A stretch of 64,000 nt of DNA from Patescibacteria group bacterium (GCA_038065495.1 JBBTQW010000002.1:81321-145320); one strand, 5' to 3'; shown: positions 47,713 through 57,035, counted from the stretch's first letter. Notes: generated by a model not told the origin, from the letters alone. Numbers and translations: made by a program.

Positions 47713-48621
47713 TTAGCGCAGGTATTTTACCTTATTTTGTTTGTGTCCAGCAAAGTCCACGGCATAGTGCGTCTCGCCTTTCCGATCGGCCAAGTAGAAC
47801 CAATAATCAGACTTGGTGGGATGGATCGTGGCCTCAATCGCTTTTAGTCCTGGCGCCACAATCGGCCGCTCTGGCAAACCGCGCTTCTGGTAAGTCACCC
47901 GCGCTACATCTACTTGCAACATCATTTTGTCGTCTAGGCGCTTCCACAAGATTCCCGCGATCAGCTGCCGCGTGGCGTAATCATGCGCTTCTTCTTCCAC
48001 AATCGCCGCCATGTTTAAGATATCTTCCCAATCTCGGCCAGACAAAAGTGACTCGCTGTGCAAGCCGGCCGTTTGCCGCAGAAAGTTTTTCCGCAGAGTT
48101 TCTACTAATTTATCCGCACTAATTTCTGATGGAAAAAAGTAAGTATCCGGAAAATTTTCCGCCGGCTTTTCGTTCAATAAAGCTAGCAGATTCTCTGGCT
48201 CTAGTTTTGTTAATTTATTAAGCAAGATTTGCGAAATTTGTTTGGGTGATGAACCTTCGGGAATCGTCACCTTCACCGGATTAAGCACAAACTGGCCACT
48301 CACTAGCCGTCTGGCAATCGTCCAGCTGTTTAGTTTACTCTCAAACCAATAATCACCCGCTTTAATGCCATCATTCCCGCCAGAAATCCTCACTAACAGA
48401 TTAAATAACAAGCCGGTTTTAATCACATTTTTCTCGGCTAAATTTTCCGTAATTTCTGCCAAACTTGCTCCGTCTGGGATTTCTATTTGTTTATTTTTGG
48501 GGAAATTACTCGGCGCTTGGATGAGCCAGACGAAAATGGCTAACAGTGCAATTAAACCAAGCAAAATCACTTGCTTGCGACGAGTGAGTTTAATTTGGCG
48601 AAGGCTAGAAAAACGACGCAT
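47713..48621 (-). CDS. mltG: Endolytic transglycosylase MltG
   Basis: VTIPEG, FPDTY, AAIVEEE, LQVD and GLP..PI..PG motifs. Confidence 0.9.
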   Translation of the reverse strand: MRRFSSLRQIKLTRRKQVILLGLIALLAIFVWLIQAPSNFPKNKQIEIPDGASLAEITENLAEKNVIKTGLLFNLLVRISGGNDGIKAGDYWFESKLNSWTIARRLVSGQFVLNPVKVTIPEGSSPKQISQILLNKLTKLEPENLLALLNEKPAENFPDTYFFPSEISADKLVETLRKNFLRQTAGLHSESLLSGRDWEDILNMAAIVEEEAHDYATRQLIAGILWKRLDDKMMLQVDVARVTYQKRGLPERPIVAPGLKAIEATIHPTKSDYWFYLADRKGETHYAVDFAGHKQNKVKYLR

Positions 48622-48645
48622 GTTGAGCTAAATAAAATCTAAAAA

Positions 48646-49872
48646 TTAAATTGGCAGATTGGCTGGCGGCTCGGCGCGCTTGGACTCGATCTTGCCCAGC
48701 GTTGGCGTCATCGCGGCACTACCTGGGAAGTGGTAAATTGTCGCTAGTTCCTCGGCACTAAGAGTAAACTGCGCGCCCACATAGGGTGGATAAAAGAACG
48801 CACGTTGGCGATAATTATTAAAGAAAACTGCTTTAAACTTCGCCAAGCTATAGCCACGCCAGAAGGCGCTCCACGGATATTTATCGCTGGTGGTAAAAGC
48901 GGTTTTGAAGCCATTTGAGTCTGCCGCATTGTATTGCTTAAAGATCCCGAGCGTACTCACAACCCTGTTTGGATGATACAGCTCCGGCTTGGCCAAGTAG
49001 AGCGCGCGCAGGCCACAATCAAAGCCGGGCTTGGCCAGCGAGCGCTCGATATCCTCCACCACTTTGCGCTCGCCAGGCGAGAGAATGGTTAGGCCCAAAC
49101 TTTCGTCTTCACCGCCTTTTTTGTCGCGTTGCATAATCTTCTCGATTAACGCTTTACCTTCGTCTTTCCATCCCTGTTTGCCCCACCAAGTGCCAGGCTT
49201 GTGGAAGCGGTCTTTGGCCGCTTGCACTGGGATCTGGATCCACAGTTGCTCACCCGGCTTCATCGAGCCAAGATATTCGAGAACAGCCGTAATGGGATCC
49301 GTGCGCCAAGCGTCGCTCTCACTGTCGCTAGAGATTTTATCTAAGCCATAATTAACGTAAGTCTTGATGGGGTAAGCGTCGGCTTTGCTAAGTTTAAACT
49401 CCGCGCCCCAGAGCTTCCAATCACTGCCGGGCAAGTCATACGGCACATTGTGGACGTAATCTTCCACTTCGTGAATTTCGATTTCTGGATATTGCGCGTA
49501 GAACTGCGCTTCGATTAAATTTTTAAAAAACTTTTGGGCCCAAATATAGAAGTGCACTTCGCCACCAATCGAGACTAGCTCGAGCGATGACCAGGCACGA
49601 GCCTGACCCAGAAACCAAATTTTATAAAAATTATCCCCATCCCAGCCTTGATGCAACGCATTAAGCGCCAGCTCCATCGCTTGTGGCGTTTTCATGAGAG
49701 TCTTGGGAATCTTGATCTCAAGCAAGACAAATTCTGTCTCACCAAGATATTTCGCCCGCGTGTAGTAACGCAAGAGCTTCCACGCTGCCACAAATAGTAA
49801 AACCGGCAGACAGTAAAAAACTATCGGTATACTGATGCTAACAACAGACTGAATTAGCGGCTCAAAAGTCAC
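48646..49872 (-). CDS. Conserved hypothetical membrane protein
   Basis: N-terminal TM; LLEIKIP, YAQYPEIEI and EELATIYHFP motifs. Confidence 0.75.
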   Translation of the reverse strand: MTFEPLIQSVVSISIPIVFYCLPVLLFVAAWKLLRYYTRAKYLGETEFVLLEIKIPKTLMKTPQAMELALNALHQGWDGDNFYKIWFLGQARAWSSLELVSIGGEVHFYIWAQKFFKNLIEAQFYAQYPEIEIHEVEDYVHNVPYDLPGSDWKLWGAEFKLSKADAYPIKTYVNYGLDKISSDSESDAWRTDPITAVLEYLGSMKPGEQLWIQIPVQAAKDRFHKPGTWWGKQGWKDEGKALIEKIMQRDKKGGEDESLGLTILSPGERKVVEDIERSLAKPGFDCGLRALYLAKPELYHPNRVVSTLGIFKQYNAADSNGFKTAFTTSDKYPWSAFWRGYSLAKFKAVFFNNYRQRAFFYPPYVGAQFTLSAEELATIYHFPGSAAMTPTLGKIESKRAEPPANLPI

Positions 49873-49893
49873 GCACTAATTATAACACAAAAA

Positions 49894-50949
49894 CTATTTT
49901 GGATTCGAGAAGAGACCAGACTTTTTATCTTCTTTAAAGAATTTAGGATTCTTGAGGTTAACTAAGATAGTATTATCTTTGACATAACGCTCTTTCTTCA
50001 CAGCCGCCATCACTTGAGCTTTCGTCATCGCGCCATTTTTGTCGAGAATTTGCTTAATCACGTCGCGAACAATACCCGGCGTGTAGCCCCAATCGCCAAG
50101 CGCATATAATCCCCGCCCAACGAGCACGAATCTCGGATCTTTAATTAATTCATTGTGACTAGTCGCGGCATTAGTTTTGCGACCAAAGGTGGCCGTAATC
50201 TCTTTGGCGACTTCGGTAAAGTGCATTGGAGAACCCTTGCGACGCATGACGAGGAAAGCGTAATCTTTGATCCCTCTTACGCGCACATTTGGCGACTTGG
50301 CCAGGCCCCACTCGCCCACCGGACTCAAACCAATCTCTTTGGAGAGCTTGAGCCAGTTCTTGACCTTCTGCCGAGCCATCTCTGGCGAGACGCGTTTATC
50401 CAAACCACTCATAAAGTGCTCCACAATTTTATCTTCAGAAACTAATTCGTTAGTATCGAGAACTTGGCAGAGATTGCGTAGTGACTGATGCACGCCTTCG
50501 GCGAGGCTCGCATCCACCGTCCAACGATGATGGAAATAATCATCTTCTTTTAGTTTCGCAAAAGCGTCGCCGAGCACAAGCAAGAAGTGCACATTATTCT
50601 GGACCACCTGATCTTTAGAAATATGATCAAGAAACTCCTGCTCGTGCACCAGGCCGCCGTAATCTTCCATCACACCCTTGAGCTGGGCAAAGATTGACTG
50701 AGCAGCTGTATTGGCCTCAGACTTCTTGATCTGCGCAATCGTGGCATTCTCAATCTGCCGCACGCGCTCGCGGGTGATGCCATAGATCTGGCCCACCGCC
50801 TCCAGTGTCATCGTCTCTTTCGTCGCCAAGCCATAACGACGCTTAACTACGTCACGTGGCCGCGCCCCAAGGCTGGCCAAAAGCTCTTTTACCACCTCAA
50901 CTGGCTTGAAGGCCATCACCTCTTTTGTTTCTTTGCTGTTGTTATTCAT
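49894..50949 (-). CDS. Sigma70 region-4 HTH protein with C-terminal winged-helix (HARE-HTH-like) domains
   Basis: TLEAVGQIYGITRERVRQIE; PMHFTEV...FVLVGRGLYAL..WGY. Confidence 0.8.
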   Translation of the reverse strand: MNNNSKETKEVMAFKPVEVVKELLASLGARPRDVVKRRYGLATKETMTLEAVGQIYGITRERVRQIENATIAQIKKSEANTAAQSIFAQLKGVMEDYGGLVHEQEFLDHISKDQVVQNNVHFLLVLGDAFAKLKEDDYFHHRWTVDASLAEGVHQSLRNLCQVLDTNELVSEDKIVEHFMSGLDKRVSPEMARQKVKNWLKLSKEIGLSPVGEWGLAKSPNVRVRGIKDYAFLVMRRKGSPMHFTEVAKEITATFGRKTNAATSHNELIKDPRFVLVGRGLYALGDWGYTPGIVRDVIKQILDKNGAMTKAQVMAAVKKERYVKDNTILVNLKNPKFFKEDKKSGLFSNPK

Positions 50950-53900
50950 GTTTTTATATTATCATAGATTACAAAATTAAGCAAACGTCCTGGGATATAA
51001 ACTACCTTTTTTACCGTTTTATTGTCAAGCCACTTCTGCACTTTAGGGCTCTGTAGAGCCATATTCTTGGCTATTTCTTCTGTTGCTTCTTGCCCGCCAC
51101 TCAACACGATTTTGTCACGAATTATACCATTGACCTGAATCATAATATTTTGCTCACGTGTTGTAGTTTTTTCTCCAGATTCACTCAGTTCTGGCCACTT
51201 CTCTTGATGAATCGAGGTGTTATGTCCCAACTTTTGCCACAATTCTTCTGCGATGTGCGGCGCAAAGGGTGCGAGAAGCTTAAGAAAAACTTCATAATCT
51301 GTTTTACTCACGCCTTCTTTCTCAAAAGTGTTCAACAAAATCATCAAGCCAGAAATAGCCGTGTTAAATTTGAGACTTTCAATATCTGATGTTATTTTCT
51401 GCACCGAATCAGCTAAATTTTCTGCAGTTTTTTCTGACAGATTATCACTCAATTTCCAGACTCTCTCCAAGAATCTTCTTGGCCCAATTATACTTTCTGT
51501 ATTCCAAGCCACCGCTTGCTCAAATGGACCCATGAACATTTCGTACAATCTCAGCGTATCAGCGCCATAAAGTCCCACAATTTTATCGGGATTAATGATG
51601 GTCTCCGGCTTTGACTTACTCATCTTCACTCCACCTTCAGCGAGAATTAAGCCGTGACTCGTACGCTTCTGATACGGTTCAGAATTTGGCACTAATTTGA
51701 GATCAAATAAAAATTTATGCCAGAATCTAGAATAGAGCAAGTGCAGAGTCGTGTGCTCCATGCCACCGTTGTACCAATCCACGCCGCCAAGACTTGTTCC
51801 AGTTTTGCCTAGCCAATATTGCAATTTTTCTTCACTCGCAAATTCTTGAGCATTTTCTGGATCGCAGTAACGCAGATAATACCAGCTTGAACCCGCCCAG
51901 TTCGGCATCGTGTCAGTTTCTCGCCGCGCTTCGCCGCCACATTTCGGACATTTCACATTCACCCACTCACTCACGCTCGCGAGTGGCGATTCGCCGTCAT
52001 CACGGGGTTGATATTCTTTGACTTCCGGCAAAATCACTGGCAAATCACTTTCTGGCACAGGTTGCCAATCACATTTGCTGCAAAAAATCATCGGAATCGG
52101 CTCACCCCAATAGCGCTGTCGCGAAAAAATCCAATCGCGCAGTTTGTAAGTCGTTTTCGCCGTGCCAAATTTCGCGATTATTTTTTCCCGCGCCTCAACA
52201 GAATCTAAGCCGGAGAATTCGCTGGAATTTATCATTACACCTTCGCTAGCCCAAGCATGTTCGGGTTTAAAGAACCGGTCGAGCCACAGCTCGTATTCTG
52301 AACATTTGATATTTTTGTCTTTCGCCAGTTCGTCCCAAGTTAGCCAAACGACTTCATGAATCTGTTTCTCCTCTTCCGACAACTCTTGCTGTTCTTCGTT
52401 CTCTAACTCAAAAACCAGAGCGTGAAAAACCGCTTTTCGGTTCTCGTTCTTGTGATTAGCAAAGAAATGCGACTCGACTGGACCACCTAAAGTTTTCACA
52501 TACTTCACATTTTTATAGCCGGTTTCTTCGGTAATTTCTCTTTTTGCTGCTTCCACCATATCTTCGTCACCCTCGATCCCACCAGTGATAAATGTCGTCC
52601 AGGGAAATTTTTTCCACTTCAAACACAAAACTTTCTGATTTTTGGGATTAATAATTATCGCCTGAATGGCATTTCTCGCTACCGTTTTCACGCCTTCGCG
52701 CGGCGGATCGTGGGTGTCGATCATTTTGGGCGTCACCACTTCTCTAATCGGTAAATTATGTTTCTGCGCAAAAGCAAAATCCCGCTCATCATGGGCCGGC
52801 ACGCCCATCAGTGCGCCGGTGCCCACATCAGACATTACATATTCTGCTTCCCACACTGGAATCTCCTCCCCCGTGGCCGGATTAGTCACATACTGGCCAG
52901 TAAATTTATCGGTTTTGCCAGCAATGGCCAGATAAGTCGCGCCGAAAATCGTTTCTGGCCGAGTGGTGAAGACTTTGATCACCCCACCCGCACCCTCCCC
53001 CAAGGGGAGGGCTAAGTTTATTTGCTCCAAAACTTTTTTAATGTTATTTAAAACCTCTTCGTTGCTGAAACGAATAAGTTTATAGCCGAGTTGTGCCAAA
53101 TATTTTGTTCTTTCTTCGTCAGATTCCTTTTGATAATCATGAACATCCCCGTCAACTTCTACTACCAACATTTTTTCTAGACAAACAAAATCAACAATAA
53201 ATTTTCCAATAATATGTTGGCGGCGAAAGTGGCAACCTAGTTTATTGTCTCTTAATTCTTGCCACAATTTCTCTTCAGCTTCAGTAGGATTCTGACGCAT
53301 ACCCACCGCTTTTTCTTGTAAAGCGCGGTAGGCGACTGGATCAGCAGTTTGATAGCCAAATTCGCCCCACCCATTCCCTCCCCCAAGGGGAGGGTTCTTT
53401 CTCTCTTCCCCCTCTCCTTTGGGGAGGGGGTCGGGGGTGGGGCTGAATGGAAACTCAATCTCCGCTCCCTCACTTCTCCCAATCCAATTTCTCTGCTGGA
53501 TTTTGATTTTTTCTAAATAGTCTACCGTGTCCAGATCTTTATCCAATCTGTCCGCATACTTCGTAATCGCCAGCATCCATTGCTCTTTCTCTCGTTGTTC
53601 CACTTCCGTACCACAACGCTCACACTTACCATCAACCACTTCTTCATTCGCCAAACCAATTTTATCTTTCGGACACCAGTTAATTAGCGTTTTCTTCTTA
53701 TACGCCAAGCCGTGCTGATAGAACTGCAGAAAGAGCCATTGCGTCCATTTGTAATATTCCGGATCAGTGGTGTTGATCTCGCGTGACCAATCAAATGAGA
53801 AGCCAAGCGCTTTGAGCTGTTTACGAAAGTTATCCGTATTTTCTTGCGTCACCAGTGCCGGCGCTTTGCCCGTTTTGATTGCGTAATTCTCTGTTGGTAG

Positions 53901-54161
53901 ACCGAAAGCGTCCCAGCCCATCGGATAGAGCACGTTCTGACCCATCATCCTCCGCTTTCTCGCCAAGATATCCAGCGCCGTATAACTCCGGATGTGACCG
54001 ACATGCAAGCCATCACCAGACGGAAACGGAAACTCCACCAAACAATAAAACTTATTTTTTTCTCCCGCTTCGCTTTTTTCTTGCGCAGAATAAATACCAG
54101 ACTTCTCCCATTCCGTCTGCCATTTCTGCTCTATTTGATTGTGATCGTAAGCTTCAGCCAC
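50946..54161 (-). CDS. leuS: Leucyl-tRNA synthetase with in-frame DUF559 and Nudix insertions
   Basis: HVGH, GWDAFGLP, WIGRSEGA, TTRP, SRQRYWG and KMSKS motifs. Confidence 0.96.
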   Translation of the reverse strand: MAEAYDHNQIEQKWQTEWEKSGIYSAQEKSEAGEKNKFYCLVEFPFPSGDGLHVGHIRSYTALDILARKRRMMGQNVLYPMGWDAFGLPTENYAIKTGKAPALVTQENTDNFRKQLKALGFSFDWSREINTTDPEYYKWTQWLFLQFYQHGLAYKKKTLINWCPKDKIGLANEEVVDGKCERCGTEVEQREKEQWMLAITKYADRLDKDLDTVDYLEKIKIQQRNWIGRSEGAEIEFPFSPTPDPLPKGEGEERKNPPLGGGNGWGEFGYQTADPVAYRALQEKAVGMRQNPTEAEEKLWQELRDNKLGCHFRRQHIIGKFIVDFVCLEKMLVVEVDGDVHDYQKESDEERTKYLAQLGYKLIRFSNEEVLNNIKKVLEQINLALPLGEGAGGVIKVFTTRPETIFGATYLAIAGKTDKFTGQYVTNPATGEEIPVWEAEYVMSDVGTGALMGVPAHDERDFAFAQKHNLPIREVVTPKMIDTHDPPREGVKTVARNAIQAIIINPKNQKVLCLKWKKFPWTTFITGGIEGDEDMVEAAKREITEETGYKNVKYVKTLGGPVESHFFANHKNENRKAVFHALVFELENEEQQELSEEEKQIHEVVWLTWDELAKDKNIKCSEYELWLDRFFKPEHAWASEGVMINSSEFSGLDSVEAREKIIAKFGTAKTTYKLRDWIFSRQRYWGEPIPMIFCSKCDWQPVPESDLPVILPEVKEYQPRDDGESPLASVSEWVNVKCPKCGGEARRETDTMPNWAGSSWYYLRYCDPENAQEFASEEKLQYWLGKTGTSLGGVDWYNGGMEHTTLHLLYSRFWHKFLFDLKLVPNSEPYQKRTSHGLILAEGGVKMSKSKPETIINPDKIVGLYGADTLRLYEMFMGPFEQAVAWNTESIIGPRRFLERVWKLSDNLSEKTAENLADSVQKITSDIESLKFNTAISGLMILLNTFEKEGVSKTDYEVFLKLLAPFAPHIAEELWQKLGHNTSIHQEKWPELSESGEKTTTREQNIMIQVNGIIRDKIVLSGGQEATEEIAKNMALQSPKVQKWLDNKTVKKVVYIPGRLLNFVIYDNIKT
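52256..52730 (-). other. Nudix hydrolase domain inserted in LeuRS (approximate bounds)
   Basis: GGIEGDEDMVEAAKREITEETGY Nudix box. Confidence 0.85.
52982..53442 (-). mobile_element. DUF559/Vsr-like endonuclease domain flanked by REP-like palindromes, in frame within leuS
   Basis: MRQNPTEAE..LW, FRRQH.IG.FIVDF, VEVDG..H and IRFSNEEV motifs; repeats at 52982-53011, 53365-53394 and inverted at 53408-53442. Confidence 0.8.
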
Positions 54162-54188
54162 GGCAATTTTACTTCACCAGCTAGAAAT

Positions 54189-54749
54189 TTACTGATTCTG
54201 ACTTAACTTCTTAATCCCCAACCAGATTAGAGCAATCAGCGCGACCGCGAGGATGATTAAGCGCAAGTAATCGTTCATGTCACTCCAGTAACGAGTAGAG
54301 CCGACGATGAGCGAGACCACGCCGCCAAAGGAGACACCGAGTGAGACGGCGCCCGACTGCGTGAGCCAGAAGCCCGCGCCGAGCGAGAGCAAACCCAGCA
54401 CGATCAGCACAATGAACACGTTGCGATTATAAACTTTGTGCACTTCATTATATTCTTTCGCACAAGTGAAAGTGACATCGCAGTAGCCCTGCGGTTCAGC
54501 CGGCGTGAGCGTGGCTGGCACAGTTACAGGCCGTGGCTCTTTACTGAAGCTTGCGGGAGCGTTCCAAGCACCACCCACGCCCACACAATCCTTCTCATTA
54601 CTTGGCGAAATGTTGACTTGCTTCTGCGGGCAATAAGTGTCCCACGTTGGCTCCTGATAAACCACCTTGGTCGCAAAGTGGAAGAACAAATTGAGCACAA
54701 TAATCAGCGACAAGATTAGTGCCCATTCCAAAATTTTTGAATGTTTCAT
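54189..54749 (-). CDS. Hypothetical membrane protein (4 TM, Cys-containing loop)
   Basis: Hydrophobicity pattern; C...GGAW...C. Confidence 0.75.
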   Translation of the reverse strand: MKHSKILEWALILSLIIVLNLFFHFATKVVYQEPTWDTYCPQKQVNISPSNEKDCVGVGGAWNAPASFSKEPRPVTVPATLTPAEPQGYCDVTFTCAKEYNEVHKVYNRNVFIVLIVLGLLSLGAGFWLTQSGAVSLGVSFGGVVSLIVGSTRYWSDMNDYLRLIILAVALIALIWLGIKKLSQNQ

Positions 54750-54785
54750 CTCTAAATCTTAACACGAATCAGAAATAGTTCCGAC

Positions 54786-54823
54786 TTGACAGAATTGGCA
54801 CAGTTTGCTAAGAATGTAAGTGG
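54786..54823 (+). promoter_or_regulatory. Cassette promoter copy 1: TTGACA...TTTGCTAAGAATGTAAGTGG
   Basis: 20-nt block differs at 1 position from 55529-55548. Confidence 0.65.
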
Positions 54824-54911
54824 TCAAGGTCTTCGAAATTACAGATTGCAACGCGTGTTGTGATCACCAAAATTGGTTAGAGGAACAAAACAGAAAGGTA
54901 CAGGGTAAAAC

Positions 54912-55448
54912 ATGTCCATGGGAATCTACTCCGATGTGACGGCGAAATACGAAACAACGAATCCAGCCACAATACCGCCACTTGAACTCACCTCGAAAGA
55001 CACCGTGTTTCTAAGTGAGATAGCGGGTAATTGTGAGCCCATCAACGAACACTCGGTGAGGATTCTCGTTCTTGTTGGACGTCGAGTCAGGAAAGAACAC
55101 GAGAGGTTGACTCTCCTTTCGGATCAAAGAAAAAAGTCTCACGAAGCAGAATTGGTTGCATTGAGAGAAACACACGAGGGTAGATTAGAATTGTTGAAGG
55201 TTCAACACGCAGATGAGGTTGGGAATCTCAAAAGGCAGCTATTCAACTCTCACAAGTCCATCTTCGAGATTGAAATCCAATTCACGGCTTCACAAAAACG
55301 CAAGCTGCAGAGAGCTGGCCTCGCTCGTCTCTATGACTTCACCCAGAAAACATGGGACGAAATCAAGCAACTGCTTGGCACGAGAAAGGCTGACCTAATC
55401 GGCCAAGTACTTATCCTTCGTGGCCTTCAGTTCAAGAAATGCCGGTAA
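54912..55448 (+). CDS. Coiled-coil protein with a C-terminal divergent RNAP alpha-CTD-like domain
   Basis: KSIFEIEIQFT...KLQRAGL..LYDFTQKTWDEI..LLG......I..VL..RGLQF. Confidence 0.6.
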   Translation: MSMGIYSDVTAKYETTNPATIPPLELTSKDTVFLSEIAGNCEPINEHSVRILVLVGRRVRKEHERLTLLSDQRKKSHEAELVALRETHEGRLELLKVQHADEVGNLKRQLFNSHKSIFEIEIQFTASQKRKLQRAGLARLYDFTQKTWDEIKQLLGTRKADLIGQVLILRGLQFKKCR

Positions 55449-55455
55449 CCAATCA

Positions 55456-55494
55456 ACCACCAGAGCGCAACGCGCTCTGGTGGTCTTTTTATTT
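55456..55494 (+). terminator. Intrinsic terminator
   Basis: 13-bp perfect stem ACCACCAGAGCGC/GCGCTCTGGTGGT plus T-tract. Confidence 0.85.
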
Positions 55495-55510
55495 CCAAGA
55501 ATTTATCTGC

Positions 55511-55548
55511 TTGACAAAGTTAGCCCAATTTGCTAAGAATGTAGGTGG
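55511..55548 (+). promoter_or_regulatory. Cassette promoter copy 2: TTGACA...TTTGCTAAGAATGTAGGTGG
   Basis: Near-duplicate of copy 1. Confidence 0.65.
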
Positions 55549-55582
55549 CAATAGTGCCTTTTGACAGAAAGTAGGTAGACAC

Positions 55583-55846
55583 ATGAAATCTGGGTCCTCA
55601 CTGCAATCGTTATTCATGGTAAAGTGTCTGGTTGACGAACTAATTCTCGACCGACCAATTACTGAATTGGGATTATACCAAAGAGCAGAAAACATTCTGA
55701 GATCAGTCCATATCGACACCATCAGAAAGCTCACCCAAAGCTCTGAACGTGTGTTTCTCTCCTACCGTGGGGCAGGAACAACCTCACTGAAAAGTATCAA
55801 GCGTGAGCTAAACAAACTGGGTCTTTCGTTGCAACAAGAAACCTAA
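55583..55846 (+). CDS. Stand-alone RNA polymerase alpha C-terminal domain homolog
   Basis: ILDRPITELGLYQRAENILRSVHIDTIRKL...GAGTTSLKSIKRELNKLGLSL aligns by eye with RpoA CTD (RPVDDLELTVRSANCL...[21 protein letters not shown]). Confidence 0.8.
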   Translation: MKSGSSLQSLFMVKCLVDELILDRPITELGLYQRAENILRSVHIDTIRKLTQSSERVFLSYRGAGTTSLKSIKRELNKLGLSLQQET

Positions 55847-55868
55847 GATCAATTAGCTCGATATTCGT

Positions 55869-55900
55869 AACCGGAGCACACGCGCTCCGGTTTTTTATTT
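55869..55900 (+). terminator. Intrinsic terminator
   Basis: AACCGGAGC/GCTCCGGTT stem plus T-tract. Confidence 0.8.
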
Positions 55901-55922
55901 TTCTAAATTTTGAATTCCAGAA

Positions 55923-55950
55923 CCCGCCTTCGCTAAAGCTACGGACGGGC
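55923..55950. repeat. REP-like palindromic repeat, copy 2 (CCCGCCTTCGCTAAAGCTACGGACGGGC)
   Basis: Near-identical to 44275-44303. Confidence 0.6.
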
Positions 55951-55961
55951 AAGCATCGCCG

Positions 55962-56951
55962 TCAGATTTTAAACTCAATTACATCTCCGTCACTCACCAC
56001 ATAATCCCGCCCAACCGTACGCCAAGTTTTGCCGGCCAGTAAATCTGGCCAAGTAATCACTTCCGCTTTGATAAACTTTTCTTGGAAGTCGCCATGGATC
56101 GCCGTGCCAGCCTCGGGCGCCGTCCAGCCTTGCTTGATCGTCCAAGCCCGCGTTTCGTCCTCGCCAGTGGTAAAATATGTGGCTAAGCCGAGCAAAGCGT
56201 AACTCTGTTTGATGAGCTCATCCAAGCCGGTGTTGAAAATCGCATCAACTTCCACCCACTTCGCGCCTTGTCCGGCCATCAGATTTTCTAAAGCTTTCGT
56301 ATCCGCTTTGGCGCCAGCCGCTTCGGAATTATTGAAAACATAGAGCATCGGCTTGGCGGTGAGCAAGTGCAAACTCTTGAGCAAGATTTTTTCTTCTTTA
56401 TCTAAACTTAATTCTGACACTAACTTTCCCTGTTTTAAAATTTCTTCAAGTTTTTTCAACAACTTTTCTTCAAGAACTGCCTCTTTATCACCCCGACGCA
56501 CATCTTTCCCAATTGTCATCAAGCGCTTTTCAACTGTTTGCAAATCTGCGAGCGCTAATTCTAAATTGATAGTTTGCACGTCATCCAGTGGAGAGACTTT
56601 ATTATGCACATGGATAATATCTTTATCGTCGAAAATCCGCACCACCTCCGCAATCGCATCCACTTCGCGAATGTGCGAGAGGAATTTATTACCCAAACCC
56701 TCACCACTCGCCGCGCCCTTCACCAAGCCAGCGATGTCTACGAATTCGATCACCGCTGGCACTGTCTTGGCTGACTTGGAAAAATCTGACAATTTCTGTA
56801 ATCTCTCATCTGGCACCGGCACCACGCCCACACTCGGATCGATAGTACAAAATGGATAATTTTCTGCCGGAACAGACTTCTTCGTGAGCGCATTGAAGAG
56901 CGTGGACTTCCCCACATTTGGCAGGCCGACAATGCCGATTGAGAGCTTCAT
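55962..56951 (-). CDS. ychF: Ribosome-binding ATPase YchF
   Basis: GIVGLPNVGKSTLFNALT, NYPFCTIDP and DIAGLVKGA..GEGLGN motifs. Confidence 0.97.
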   Translation of the reverse strand: MKLSIGIVGLPNVGKSTLFNALTKKSVPAENYPFCTIDPSVGVVPVPDERLQKLSDFSKSAKTVPAVIEFVDIAGLVKGAASGEGLGNKFLSHIREVDAIAEVVRIFDDKDIIHVHNKVSPLDDVQTINLELALADLQTVEKRLMTIGKDVRRGDKEAVLEEKLLKKLEEILKQGKLVSELSLDKEEKILLKSLHLLTAKPMLYVFNNSEAAGAKADTKALENLMAGQGAKWVEVDAIFNTGLDELIKQSYALLGLATYFTTGEDETRAWTIKQGWTAPEAGTAIHGDFQEKFIKAEVITWPDLLAGKTWRTVGRDYVVSDGDVIEFKI

Positions 56952-56990
56952 GTTGCTAAATATGCCTTATTTCCAGCTAAAGTTCAAGCA

Positions 56991-57035
56991 AAAAAAAATA
57001 AACCCCGTTCGCGATGCTGTGCATCGGAACGGGGC
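56991..57035 (-). terminator. Intrinsic terminator of the PEP-CTERM cassette
   Basis: CCCCGTTC.CGATGC...GCATCG.GAACGGGG stem plus A-tract. Confidence 0.7.

Noticed and set aside
52982-53442. leuS insertion as an intein or self-splicing intron
   Set aside because: No N-terminal Cys/Ser with C-terminal His-Asn motifs, no group I/II core recognised, and the frame is continuous.
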